From: Candidatus Saccharimonadales bacterium
Lineage (GTDB): Bacteria > Patescibacteriota > Saccharimonadia > Saccharimonadales > JBGTLD01
Assembly (NCBI GenBank): GCA_041744275.1
Contig: JBGTLD010000013.1
Span: forward strand, 16,470-80,469
DNA: 64,000 nt
Reading direction: 5' to 3'
A program made the translations under genes and the position numbers. This document shows positions 1-9,242 of the stretch, piece by piece; within the stretch, counting starts at the first letter, position 1, and each line of letters starts with the position of its first letter. A model generated the notes under the pieces. The model saw only the letters and a list, made by a program, of their open reading frames with translations. It did not search any database and had not been told where the DNA came from.

Positions 1-34
1 CGAGATATATACTGTCAAAACTGACGGCAGTGAA

Positions 35-1447
35 TTGATAAGAATTACGAACAATACTGCAAGTGACGTGAATCCGATATGGTCATTTGACGGCACGAAG
101 ATCATTTTTTCAAGTAATCGTGACGGGTCTTTTGACTTGTTTTCAATGAACAGAGATGGCACGAACGTCTCTAAAATGACCAGCAACGGCCAACAAGATC
201 ACCTATATCCTTCACTAAACCCTTTTGGGCTCAAAGTGGCATTTGCTTCTCGTGAACTTGGGTCAGCAACACCAATCTACAGCATAAGAGACATCGATAC
301 TAATGGTGCTAATGAAAGAGTACTCTACGAATCAGACAACGAGCTGCAAAGCCCTTCCTATGACGGGCTTACATCCATAAGCTTCAAAATACAAACAGAA
401 ACTGACCATGCAATATTTAGCAAATCCCAGGATGCAGCAACTATTACTAGATTGACTCAACCTAACCCAGGATCGGATTATTTCCCCTCCTATAATGGAC
501 CCGCTTCGCGCTTCATCTTTACGAGAGCTGCTGCAAACTTAGAAATCTTCACAATGGCTACAGATGGTTCAAATGCAACAAGCATTATTTCAGGAGCTCA
601 AGACAGTCGTGACCCCAAGTGGTCGCCAGAAGGGGATAAAATAGTTTACGTCTCCGGTAATTCGGTCTTGACTGCAAATATAGATGGGTCATCAATAACT
701 AACGTGATAGATGGTGTAAGCCCTCGGAATCCCTCATGGCAACCACACTCTGCTATTATAGATTTTAACGCTAACACAGGTAAGTCTATCTTAACAATTC
801 CAGCAGATTACACCATTAAAGGCATATCAGCAGTAACACAAAACCAAACAATGATATTAAATGGGACAGCCGAAGACGTACAGGTTAGTGATGGCGGGGT
901 AATGAAAGGCACGGGACTTGTCTTAAATACTCTTACGATCAACAACAGTACGCTAGCACCTGGACTCAGCCCAGGCTGTATAGAAACTACAAACTTGACC
1001 TTTACGGGCACTAGTACGTATGAAGTAGAGATTGAAGGTACAACCGCGTGTAGTCAATATGACCAAACGCGAGCGACAGGATCTGTAGACATTGGAAATG
1101 CAACACTTCAAATCGTACGAGGAAGTACTTTTATACCGGAAGTCGGGAACACTTTTACCGTTATTGATAAGCAGAGTACCGGCCCTGTGATCGGCACATT
1201 TAACGGAATAGCCGAAAACGACACCGTAGTAATTGATGGAGTAACTTACCAAGTAAGTTACGTGGGTGGAGATGGCAATGACGTAGTGCTAACAGTAACT
1301 GCTGTCGATCCTAGCTTAAACCCTGGAACGCCTGACACAGGCTTTGGAATACTAAGCAGTAACCCTACTGTCACTGCCCTAGTCACCGCAATAAGTGCCT
1401 TGAGTATTGTAGCTATCGCTCGTAGAACTCAAACAAAACAAAAATAA
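35..1447 (+). CDS. Surface protein: TolB/PD40-like beta-propeller repeats, beta-rich passenger-like domain and C-terminal sortase sorting signal (5'-truncated by the window edge)
   Basis: PD40-like motifs (NPIWSFDGTKIIFSSNRDG, DPKWSPEGDKIVYVS); SYVGGDGNDVVLT motif; C-terminal TPDTG + hydrophobic helix + RRTQTKQK; frame is open back to the window start. Confidence 0.75.
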   Translation: MIRITNNTASDVNPIWSFDGTKIIFSSNRDGSFDLFSMNRDGTNVSKMTSNGQQDHLYPSLNPFGLKVAFASRELGSATPIYSIRDIDTNGANERVLYESDNELQSPSYDGLTSISFKIQTETDHAIFSKSQDAATITRLTQPNPGSDYFPSYNGPASRFIFTRAAANLEIFTMATDGSNATSIISGAQDSRDPKWSPEGDKIVYVSGNSVLTANIDGSSITNVIDGVSPRNPSWQPHSAIIDFNANTGKSILTIPADYTIKGISAVTQNQTMILNGTAEDVQVSDGGVMKGTGLVLNTLTINNSTLAPGLSPGCIETTNLTFTGTSTYEVEIEGTTACSQYDQTRATGSVDIGNATLQIVRGSTFIPEVGNTFTVIDKQSTGPVIGTFNGIAENDTVVIDGVTYQVSYVGGDGNDVVLTVTAVDPSLNPGTPDTGFGILSSNPTVTALVTAISALSIVAIARRTQTKQK

Positions 1448-1468
1448 TATGCTTTCGGAGTAAGTAAA

Positions 1469-2482
1469 ATGGATCGACAGGGACAAAGTCTTAGACTTAA
1501 AGATGCAAGACAGCCTTCTCTGTCGTCCATGATTCCTCGCGGCCGGTATGCACAATACACCAGCATAAATAGATCGACTCCAAACATAACGCTGCGTAAA
1601 GTAGATTTACCAGAAAACGTGCAGACATCGCCAAATCCTAAACATGCTTATCGATTAAAGAACGGCATTTCGGTCGATGGACTCATGCGCCCCATACCAC
1701 CAAAAGCGCAAAGTAGACACAAGCCATCGCGCAAAGTTGAAACTCCTATAACAATTCAACCTTCTCAAATAGAAGCGAGTCAAATAAAATCACCTAAAAC
1801 CAATAAAGGTTCGACAGGTCTGTATATCGCAGCACTTCTTATCTTTGTTGGTGGTGGCTATGTTTCATTTAACTCATGGCAGCTAAACAAGAAATTGGCT
1901 GCTCAGGCGACAATCTTAGAAAAGAAAAACGGTGATGCCACAGCACCCAAAGGTCTAGATGATGGTAATGTACCGTCAGAAGATTTACCACAGGGTATTG
2001 ATTATGAATCATTACTCAAAAGACACAGCGCTCCGGCGAATGACCCAAAAACAATTAAAATACCCGCTATCAGTGTTCATGCACGTATATTAGAAATGGG
2101 CCTTACGCAAAATGGCAATATACAAGCACCCAATAGCATATTCGATGCAGGATGGTACAAAAACAGTGCTCGACTTGGTGAGAATGGCGTCACCTTTATA
2201 GATGGGCATGTGTTTGGAACTACAAGACCAGCAGTCTTCTCGAAGCTAAAGGACCTAAAAGCCAACGATACAATTGAAATAACAAGAGGTGATAACACAA
2301 AATTTACGTACAAAATACGCGAACAAAAAACATACAATGTTGATGATATTAACATGAACGAACTGCTTAAAGGACGCGGCGGCGGTTCTGAGCTTGTACT
2401 AATGACTTGCCATGGACCATACACAGCTCAAGGTGCTTATACAGAACGTTATGTTTTATTTGCTACTCTCGTGAAAGAATAG
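1469..2482 (+). CDS. Class F sortase
   Basis: TM anchor, IKIPAI, AGWY, catalytic His (IDGHV), LVLMTC and Arg (ERYVLFA). Confidence 0.85.
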   Translation: MDRQGQSLRLKDARQPSLSSMIPRGRYAQYTSINRSTPNITLRKVDLPENVQTSPNPKHAYRLKNGISVDGLMRPIPPKAQSRHKPSRKVETPITIQPSQIEASQIKSPKTNKGSTGLYIAALLIFVGGGYVSFNSWQLNKKLAAQATILEKKNGDATAPKGLDDGNVPSEDLPQGIDYESLLKRHSAPANDPKTIKIPAISVHARILEMGLTQNGNIQAPNSIFDAGWYKNSARLGENGVTFIDGHVFGTTRPAVFSKLKDLKANDTIEITRGDNTKFTYKIREQKTYNVDDINMNELLKGRGGGSELVLMTCHGPYTAQGAYTERYVLFATLVKE

Positions 2483-2483
2483 T

Positions 2484-2560
2484 TGGTGCCCCGGACTGGA
2501 TTCGAACCAGTGACCTTAGGCTTAGAAGTCCTCTGCTCTATCCATCTGAGCTACCAGGGC
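2484..2560 (-). tRNA. tRNA-Arg(TCT)
   Basis: Reverse complement GCCCTGGTAGCTCAGATGGATAGAGC...CTTCTAA...GGTTCGAATCC...GGGGCACCA; anticodon stem imperfect. Confidence 0.9.
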
Positions 2561-2694
2561 ACACTATGTTACATTTCAATCATGTACATTAAGTACTCAT
2601 GATTGTTCTAATTTTTTACAGTTGGTAGACCAGATCGCTTTGCATTATCCCTGCAAAGAGCTAGATGGGCTACCAGGACAAAGTATCAGTGAAG

Positions 2695-2769
2695 TGGTGC
2701 GAAAGGCGGGAATCGAACCCGCATCGCTTGCTTGGAAGGCAGGCATATTAGCCATTATACGACTCTCGC
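2695..2769 (-). tRNA. tRNA-Gly(TCC)
   Basis: Reverse complement GCGAGAGTCGTATAATGG...CTTCCAA...GGTTCGATTCCC...CGCACCA. Confidence 0.92.
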
Positions 2770-2831
2770 CCAATCTTCAGCTGAACTCGGATATTATACC
2801 AGCTAACACCTACACGGTACAGTGCTAGGAT

Positions 2832-3389
2832 CTATGCAGCTATTATACGCTCTAGGAAGTCGCCAAGCCCGTATGCCAACGAGGCTGCAATGGCACCAAG
2901 TAGTAAGGTCTCGAGAACTGCTCGTTTTAGTGGAGTTTGTGCAACTCGACTTTTGAGATAGCCAATACCGCAAAATGCCAGTGCAGTTAAAATTGAAGAA
3001 ATAACGAACAGGTTGCTAGATTCAAGGCCGAACAAGTAGTCAACCAAGTACGCCACGAGCGGTATAAAACCGACTAGAATGAAAGAAGCATATGTGGATA
3101 AGCCATTTATAACGGGAGACGGCTCATCGTCAATAGACCCACCTTTTTTTAAAGTTAGTTCTTGTTCTGATTTGGTAGAAAGATAAGAACCAACACCCAT
3201 AGAGAATCCGTCTGCAATAAGATTCGCAAAGCCTAGTACAAGTATAATTTGCAAACTAAACCGAGCACCAGTAGCCCCAGCTACAACTGCAAACGTTGTA
3301 ACGGCACCATCTATACCACCATATACAAATTCGCTTAAATAATCCTCGGTATGCTGTTTAACCTTCGCGACAACTGCTTTTTTGGGCAT
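2832..3389 (-). CDS. VIT1/CCC1 family Fe/Mn transporter
   Basis: FVYGGIDGAVTTFAVVAG and ANLIADGFSMGVGSYLS motifs. Confidence 0.9.
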   Translation of the reverse strand: MPKKAVVAKVKQHTEDYLSEFVYGGIDGAVTTFAVVAGATGARFSLQIILVLGFANLIADGFSMGVGSYLSTKSEQELTLKKGGSIDDEPSPVINGLSTYASFILVGFIPLVAYLVDYLFGLESSNLFVISSILTALAFCGIGYLKSRVAQTPLKRAVLETLLLGAIAASLAYGLGDFLERIIAA

Positions 3390-3457
3390 TTTTATAATCT
3401 CCTGTTCTGCTCTAAGCTACTGTATTGCTATACTTTACAGAATAACAGGAGTAACCG

Positions 3458-5284
3458 ATGAGACAAAAGATAACAAAAATCCTCAAGCAATACAGAGCAC
3501 TTAGTGTACTTGCACTAACTGCAGTTATAGCAGGTGTTTTAACACTTCTGAGTCAACCTACTATTGCATCGATATTACTAACCACTTCTCTTCTCGGTTT
3601 TGTAATATTGCTCCTTATAGATGTTTGGAGAACGTTACAGACAGGTCGATATGGAGTAAATCTTATTGCACCAGTTGCAGTTATGACATCGATCTTCACG
3701 TCGGACCTGTGGGTCGGACTTGCACTAAGTTTTGGGCTACTTTTTATACATAAGATGTCAGAAATTGCAATAGAACGCGCAAAAGTTGAACTTAATGACC
3801 TCGTACGCAATCGACCTAATTTTGCGGTAACTATAAAGGGCAGGAAGACTACAGAAACGCCGCTTCAATCAGTTGAACCCGGTGATAAATTATTCGTACC
3901 AGAAGGACTCTTAATACCTGTTGATGGTGTCGTCGTGAGTGGACAAGCAGAAATAAAGCAATTCAACCCAGGAGGACGAAAACATCGTAGTTCTGTACAA
4001 GTAGGCGATACGGTTACGAGTGGATCATTGATTGCAAATGGCGAGATAGTGATACGAGCTACCGCACTGAGTCGCGATAGCTACTACGAACGGTTTATTC
4101 GCTTACTACAGAACTCAAATAGGAGCACAACACCATTTATTCGTGTAAGCGAACGACTTACCTTAGCCTTTAGTGTCGTCGTCCTTTTCGTTGCTATGTC
4201 TGCGTGGATGGTCCAAGATGATCCTAAAGCATTTTTGGCGGTACTTGCTGTGGCGACACCAATAGCGCTCACAGCCACTTCTAGAATCATTACAATTCGA
4301 GGGCTAAACGCCGCAGCCCGGATTGGGCTCTTCTTCAAATCTGGAACTATACTCGAGCATGTCCTCGAGCTTCGCACGCTCATTATCCACAGTGAATTAC
4401 TCTACGTTGGTACAGAAGCTACATTGTCACGAATCATCGCCAAGAAACCATATGATTCCCAAGCCGTACTTAGTTTAGCGGCAACATTGAGCGCTCATGA
4501 CAGTAGTATTGTAGGCAGACTCATTACTAAAACTGCAGCAGACAAGGACAGTAAGCTACACAAGATTAAGCACATCGTTCACTCCCAAGGAGTTTCTGTA
4601 GGCAGGTGGCAAGGAAAAGATGTATGGTTTGGATCAAAACCAGCACTACTCGAACGTGTAGAGACTGATGTATTTGACCCTAAATCATCCGACGCGGCAT
4701 ATTATCTCCTTGTGGACGGCTCGGTGGCTGGAGTATTTTCTATAGACCAACCAGCAAGTGTCTCTAAAAAAGAAATTCACAGACTCAAGGTAAAGCACAT
4801 GAAAGACCTATTCTTAGCGAGTCATGTATCAGCCGACACAACCAAGTTAGCTACGTCATTAGGCTTTGACTCAGCAGTTTCAGATGTAACCACACAAGCC
4901 ACTTTACAGAGTGTTTCAAACGCATCACACAAGCCAGTGGCCTACGCAAGTACGCGCCCGTCGGATGCGCCAGTACTAACCGCATCCGATATTGGTATAA
5001 GCATGAATGCCTATGACCAAACTCTCTGTGATCATGCAAATATCATCGCTACTAGGCCGGGTATGTCTACGTTAAGAGACGTCTTCTCTGTAGCGCAAAC
5101 AACATTTAAAAAATCAGTGTTTGTTACATTCCTTGGCATTATGCTTGTATTCATAGGTATGGGTCTAGCAGTCTTAGGTTACCTACCACCAATCATTGCA
5201 GTGGCTGTTCAGACTGTTCTCGCTGGCTCGCTTCTTAACTACAGTGCAAGCAATCCTTCATTTACTTCAAGAAAACGCTTGTAG
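3458..5284 (+). CDS. Degenerate P1B-type ATPase-like membrane protein (catalytic motifs lost)
   Basis: Actuator region (VEPGDKL, IPVDGVVVSG) and TM layout of a heavy-metal ATPase, but TGES, CPC, DKTGT, HP and GDGxND motifs are all substituted. Confidence 0.75.
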   Translation: MRQKITKILKQYRALSVLALTAVIAGVLTLLSQPTIASILLTTSLLGFVILLLIDVWRTLQTGRYGVNLIAPVAVMTSIFTSDLWVGLALSFGLLFIHKMSEIAIERAKVELNDLVRNRPNFAVTIKGRKTTETPLQSVEPGDKLFVPEGLLIPVDGVVVSGQAEIKQFNPGGRKHRSSVQVGDTVTSGSLIANGEIVIRATALSRDSYYERFIRLLQNSNRSTTPFIRVSERLTLAFSVVVLFVAMSAWMVQDDPKAFLAVLAVATPIALTATSRIITIRGLNAAARIGLFFKSGTILEHVLELRTLIIHSELLYVGTEATLSRIIAKKPYDSQAVLSLAATLSAHDSSIVGRLITKTAADKDSKLHKIKHIVHSQGVSVGRWQGKDVWFGSKPALLERVETDVFDPKSSDAAYYLLVDGSVAGVFSIDQPASVSKKEIHRLKVKHMKDLFLASHVSADTTKLATSLGFDSAVSDVTTQATLQSVSNASHKPVAYASTRPSDAPVLTASDIGISMNAYDQTLCDHANIIATRPGMSTLRDVFSVAQTTFKKSVFVTFLGIMLVFIGMGLAVLGYLPPIIAVAVQTVLAGSLLNYSASNPSFTSRKRL

Positions 5285-5902
5285 CAAAAACACGACGCTT
5301 ACTGGCACAAATAAGTCATCACTCCCATGTGGTGAAATATTTTCGATTATCGTTGCTGTAGCCGGAACAGCAAAAACTAACAAACGTGAAGACTGTGTGA
5401 TATCAGCAAAAATAACAATCAAGAAAAGTGACAAGCAAAAAAACGTAAAGGAACCTTCTGCTGACTTACGCTGCCCTGCTACCCTATATTTCACGCCTTT
5501 TTTGATAGATGTACCAACTATCGCCGCAAAACCGTCAGCAAGGCTCATGTGTAGTACTGCAACGCTATATACAATGTCGGTATTCGCAAATATCGCAGTG
5601 CCTATTATGGCGAGTGCAAAATAATACTCTCCGTTAGTTTTGCGTTTAACTTTGTGGATAGACTTGAAAACATTGTGTTTTTTGGATATGTACACAACAC
5701 ACAACATAGCCAAGCCCATAAGTACAATTTGATCACGCGATAAGAATGTAGGCCAAAAAGCAGCAAACACACCAACAGTTATGTGTACAAACTTTCGGGT
5801 ATACTCAACACTACATAGTTTTTTTGAGCGCAGAAACTCAACGAACAAAATAATAGCCAAAATTACAAATGCGCAGACTAACAAAGAAATCATTAAGATC
5901 AT
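5267..5902 (-). CDS. Dolichol/phytol kinase-like CTP-dependent lipid kinase (cytidylyltransferase family)
   Basis: RKFVHI, ADGFAAIVG, KSAEGS and GSDDL motifs; multi-TM. Confidence 0.8.
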   Translation of the reverse strand: MILMISLLVCAFVILAIILFVEFLRSKKLCSVEYTRKFVHITVGVFAAFWPTFLSRDQIVLMGLAMLCVVYISKKHNVFKSIHKVKRKTNGEYYFALAIIGTAIFANTDIVYSVAVLHMSLADGFAAIVGTSIKKGVKYRVAGQRKSAEGSFTFFCLSLFLIVIFADITQSSRLLVFAVPATATIIENISPHGSDDLFVPVSVVFLLQAFS

Positions 5903-5960
5903 TGTAATGCAAAATACTGAAAAATGTGGTTGCTTAACATGGTTAAGTATAGTTTAATTA

Positions 5961-6554
5961 TTGCTTGTGAATCCACTACTAACCGAGTTGCCTAGCACTT
6001 ATTTCGTGCCAAGCGAGACTCAATCAGAAACAGAAATTCCCCAAGAAGAACAACTACCAACGCTTCTTGGGTTAGTTCGGCAGGATTACCGTAAAAGATT
6101 TCCTGAAGAAATTCGTGCTGCGGTCAAATACTCTTCTGTCGGTGCGATGACAGGATTAATGTTCGATAAGCTCGTTGATAAACTTCCTCTTGGTACAAGT
6201 ACGCTAAGCCGAAAAGCTAGTACATTCTTGTTTGAAAAGCACGATCCCTTATTTACAATTGGATTCGTAACACCGAACAAGGTGGACTACTTTATGTCAG
6301 GATTCTTAAATGCCACCCAAGCACAGTCTCGTGACTGCATAGCTTACAAAGTCGCAGTCAAGGGAAATCCAGAACTTGAAGAGCGGGCACAAAACACCCT
6401 CATTCGACATCAATACAAAGAAAAAGGAGCCAAACGAACTCTAGATTACACTGGTATCTACGCCGGTTTTATTGCCACGAAGGATCTTGCGAGGACTACA
6501 TACGTTCTCTATAAAGAGGGCGAATACGATGGAATTTTTCGAAGTTCTAGTTAA
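5961..6554 (+). CDS. Hypothetical protein
   Basis: 197-aa ORF filling an intergenic gap; no recognised motif. Confidence 0.5.
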   Translation: MLVNPLLTELPSTYFVPSETQSETEIPQEEQLPTLLGLVRQDYRKRFPEEIRAAVKYSSVGAMTGLMFDKLVDKLPLGTSTLSRKASTFLFEKHDPLFTIGFVTPNKVDYFMSGFLNATQAQSRDCIAYKVAVKGNPELEERAQNTLIRHQYKEKGAKRTLDYTGIYAGFIATKDLARTTYVLYKEGEYDGIFRSSS

Positions 6555-6657
6555 ACTAAATTGATCATCTGCATGAATTTAGAAGTTAGTTGTATTAAGC
6601 TTGTAATAATTGTATGAGCACCCTGCGCCTCTTTCCTGTTTCTGAGTTCAAGTAATC

Positions 6658-6800
6658 TAAGCAAGAGCCTCTTCTTCAATCCAAAAGTCTCCCCCTCACG
6701 GTGAAATGAACATTTCTTTACCTTTTGAACGTTCCACAAGAAACTTCTTGCCTTGGATTAGAATACCACCCGCTTTATGAATATCTACTGTTTCGCTCAT
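6658..6800 (-). pseudogene. NUDIX hydrolase remnant
   Basis: Manual translation MSETVDIHKAGGILIQGKKFLVERSKGKEMFISP*GGDFWIEEEALA*; in-frame TGA (6696-6698) next to the PGG start of the Nudix box, rest of box missing. Confidence 0.6.
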
Positions 6801-6886
6801 GCAATAATTGTAATCCTGTGAGATGTTTTGTAAAAGAAAACACGCAGTATCGCACAATCAAGATTTTATAAATAAAAGCTTATGAT

Positions 6887-7678
6887 TTAACTGCGCGTTT
6901 TTTGGTACGCTCTAGCACCAAGATATGATATTGCACCAATGTTAATCGCATTAAGAATCTTAAGCCTAGCGCTTGCTGATTGGGCAGTTGCAGAATCAGC
7001 AACACCTATAACGTGTTCTGAGCCAGGCTTAAGGGCTTGTCTTCTTTTGTTGGCGTTAGATACATTTTGCCAAAGGCTCATAGCACCAAGTACATTTGCA
7101 ATTGGTCGGTGCAGATTAGGACTAATTCTGTCAGCGTTTATGCTCGTTGCGTTAATATTTAAGATAAAGCGCCCAGTGCGTGCGCCCCACAAGCCTTCGC
7201 CCACAATATTACCCGCTAACTCATTTTTACTGCGCATAATTGCCGGCCACGAAGACGTTATGCCCGACGCTATGTGCAGCGCCGCACCAGCACGGTCACC
7301 TTGATTATAGGCGGTTTCAGCAGCAGCCATGGCTATGGAAACCTCTTGAATTTTGTCGCAGGCTGCATCCAGAAGCTGACCATTGTTGTTTGTACTGGAA
7401 CCATTGGGATCGAGCTTGGCTTTTTCCCGTGCAAGCGCACCATCAAATGCATCCATTACTGTTAGCCCCACACGTAACCATCCAAGCCCAAACCGGTTTT
7501 CAGGATATCGAACGATCGCTCGATCTATCGCCAGACTCCCTACCGTTGCGCCTATAGTTATCATATTAGGAGTGATATATGGTGCGTGTTCTGCCACGTT
7601 TTTTGCCAAGTATTCCAGATACGGAGCTACCGTATTTCTCAACGTGCTATTTCTAGGGCTGATTTCCTCGCTAGGCAT
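6887..7678 (-). CDS. CDP-alcohol phosphatidyltransferase family protein
   Basis: ITPNMIT and DAFDGALAR...GQLLDAACD signature. Confidence 0.8.
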   Translation of the reverse strand: MPSEEISPRNSTLRNTVAPYLEYLAKNVAEHAPYITPNMITIGATVGSLAIDRAIVRYPENRFGLGWLRVGLTVMDAFDGALAREKAKLDPNGSSTNNNGQLLDAACDKIQEVSIAMAAAETAYNQGDRAGAALHIASGITSSWPAIMRSKNELAGNIVGEGLWGARTGRFILNINATSINADRISPNLHRPIANVLGAMSLWQNVSNANKRRQALKPGSEHVIGVADSATAQSASARLKILNAINIGAISYLGARAYQKTRS

Positions 7679-8064
7679 GTTTTTCCTTATTCTTTTTAAC
7701 TACAGTTTGATCGATTATCAATAATAGCAACAATATCTTAAAAAAACTATACTAAATAACATAGTGGCTTTCTTATAAATAAAAGGAAAAAATATTTGTG
7801 AATACAAATACCACAGATTCTGATACGCCTGTAATCAGCATCTACGTGTGGTCTCTACCAAAATGCAAACAAGAGATGCTAATGAATACGCTCATACTGG
7901 ATCCTCTGCATTATCACTACGGAAAAGCTTGGTAACACACCTAAATCTCAGTCGGCCAGGCAATGATTCCTCAAACCTCCTTCGGGCAATTTTCGCCTTT
8001 CAGTTCAAGTCTTCGGTTTCAAGCACGAAAAAAGCCAAGCATAATAGCTCGACTAATTTCGTGT

Positions 8065-8250
8065 TCGGGGTGAAAGGACTTGCCCACATTCTGCGGGCCC
8101 AGAACTTCAGCCAAGAAAGCATAGCTTTCAGGCGAAGATTCTCTTGCGAAATGCACCAGCATTTCTCACCTCCGACTCACTCCGTGAGGTAGTAGATTCG
8201 AGACTTATCACACCAATTAAAAACGACCGTCAAAGACGATCGATTTTAAT
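8065..8250 (-). repeat. tRNA-Pro-linked element ending in an 18-bp duplicate of the tRNA 3' region
   Basis: TCGGGGTGAAAGGACTTG at 8065-8082 and 8254-8271; hairpins at 8213-8253 and 8148-8165. Confidence 0.8.
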
Positions 8251-8327
8251 TGGTCGGGGTGAAAGGACTTGAACCTTCGACCTCACGGTCCCAAACCGCG
8301 CGCGCTAGCCAACTGCGCCACACCCCG
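8251..8327 (-). tRNA. tRNA-Pro(TGG)
   Basis: Reverse complement CGGGGTGTGGCGCAGTTGGCTAGCGC...TTTGGGA...GGTTCAAGTCC...CCCCGACCA. Confidence 0.95.
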
Positions 8328-8381
8328 TTAACTCCGGTAATTATACCAGATAGGCAGTTGTTTGCTAGCTTTATTCTATAC

Positions 8382-8942
8382 TTAGCGAGCTTCGCCTACA
8401 CTATTAGTGTTAAAATCCGCGCCGGGAACATAAACTTGCCAGGCTGCTTCCGCTGATTCATCAAGAGCTTGTGCTTTTTCCACCCAGTCTGCAACGACAG
8501 CGATGTCAATGGTAACGTTCTGGCCAACAGTTAGCTCCGGAGAGCTTGCCGCAAGTGTGATATTTGTCTCGGCATAGATAATTTGGGCTAAACTTAAGTC
8601 AACTTCATTTACGATACCGTATGTTTGAATAGCTTTTCGCACCATTAATGAGTATGAGTCACCAGCTTGGGCTACATATGAGTATGAACCTGTTGGCGCT
8701 GTTACTTGTGTTTCAGCTTCTCCAGACTCTGCCTCAGTTTCTTGCTCTGACTCTTCACTAGGCTCTGAGGCATCGTTTGCTTCCGCCTCTTCCATGCCTG
8801 TTTCTTCAGATGTGTGCGGCTCATCACCATTGTCATCGGCAAAAATACTTTGAGAACTAAAAAGTACAAAACCGACACTCACAACTGAAATTACAAGCAG
8901 CTTTACGATTATTGATACTGATAATGATATAGAACGAGTCAT
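8382..8942 (-). CDS. Secreted acidic protein with LysM-like segment
   Basis: Signal peptide, Glu-rich linker, YSYVAQAGDSYSLMVR...LTVGQNVTI resembling an expanded LysM. Confidence 0.6.
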   Translation of the reverse strand: MTRSISLSVSIIVKLLVISVVSVGFVLFSSQSIFADDNGDEPHTSEETGMEEAEANDASEPSEESEQETEAESGEAETQVTAPTGSYSYVAQAGDSYSLMVRKAIQTYGIVNEVDLSLAQIIYAETNITLAASSPELTVGQNVTIDIAVVADWVEKAQALDESAEAAWQVYVPGADFNTNSVGEAR

Positions 8943-9083
8943 TTATTTCTCCTGCCCCACCACTTTTATAGTGCTAATGTCTACTATAATAGCATTACTT
9001 TTACCATAGTGCGAATGTATTTAACGATGTAACTAACAGGGAATAACTGGATATAATTCTATAAATTATGATATAATAATATA

Positions 9084-9242
9084 GTGAAATATGTGTCAAT
9101 ATTCTTTACGATCCTATTAATATGGATCGCTGTCATACTGATTGCCATAACCCGAAATGACTCAAATGAAATTTTTGAGCTGTATCTTGCGGTTATTGTA
9201 TCGTCGGTACTCATGTTCTTAATTGGCTTTGGTAAAAAATAG
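9084..9242 (+). CDS. Small two-TM membrane protein (52 aa, not in ORF track)
   Basis: Manual translation from GTG: MKYVSIFFTILLIWIAVILIAITRNDSNEIFELYLAVIVSSVLMFLIGFGKK; TGnTATAAT 6 nt upstream; TAG abuts the ATG of the next gene. Confidence 0.75.
   Translation: MKYVSIFFTILLIWIAVILIAITRNDSNEIFELYLAVIVSSVLMFLIGFGKK

Noticed and set aside
6696-6698. In-frame TGA at a Gly-like position suggesting genetic code 25 (UGA=Gly)
   Set aside because: Conserved genes in the window end at TGA (e.g. tsaE, hrcA, bcp) and long genes have no internal TGA; the downstream Nudix box is also missing, so this is a pseudogene.
7848-8456. ORFs 7848..8192 and 8250..8456 (also 2407..2592, 2622..2828, 30519..30722, 30744..30995)
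   Set aside because: They overlap tRNA genes or tRNA-linked repeats and lack protein-like features; treated as spurious.
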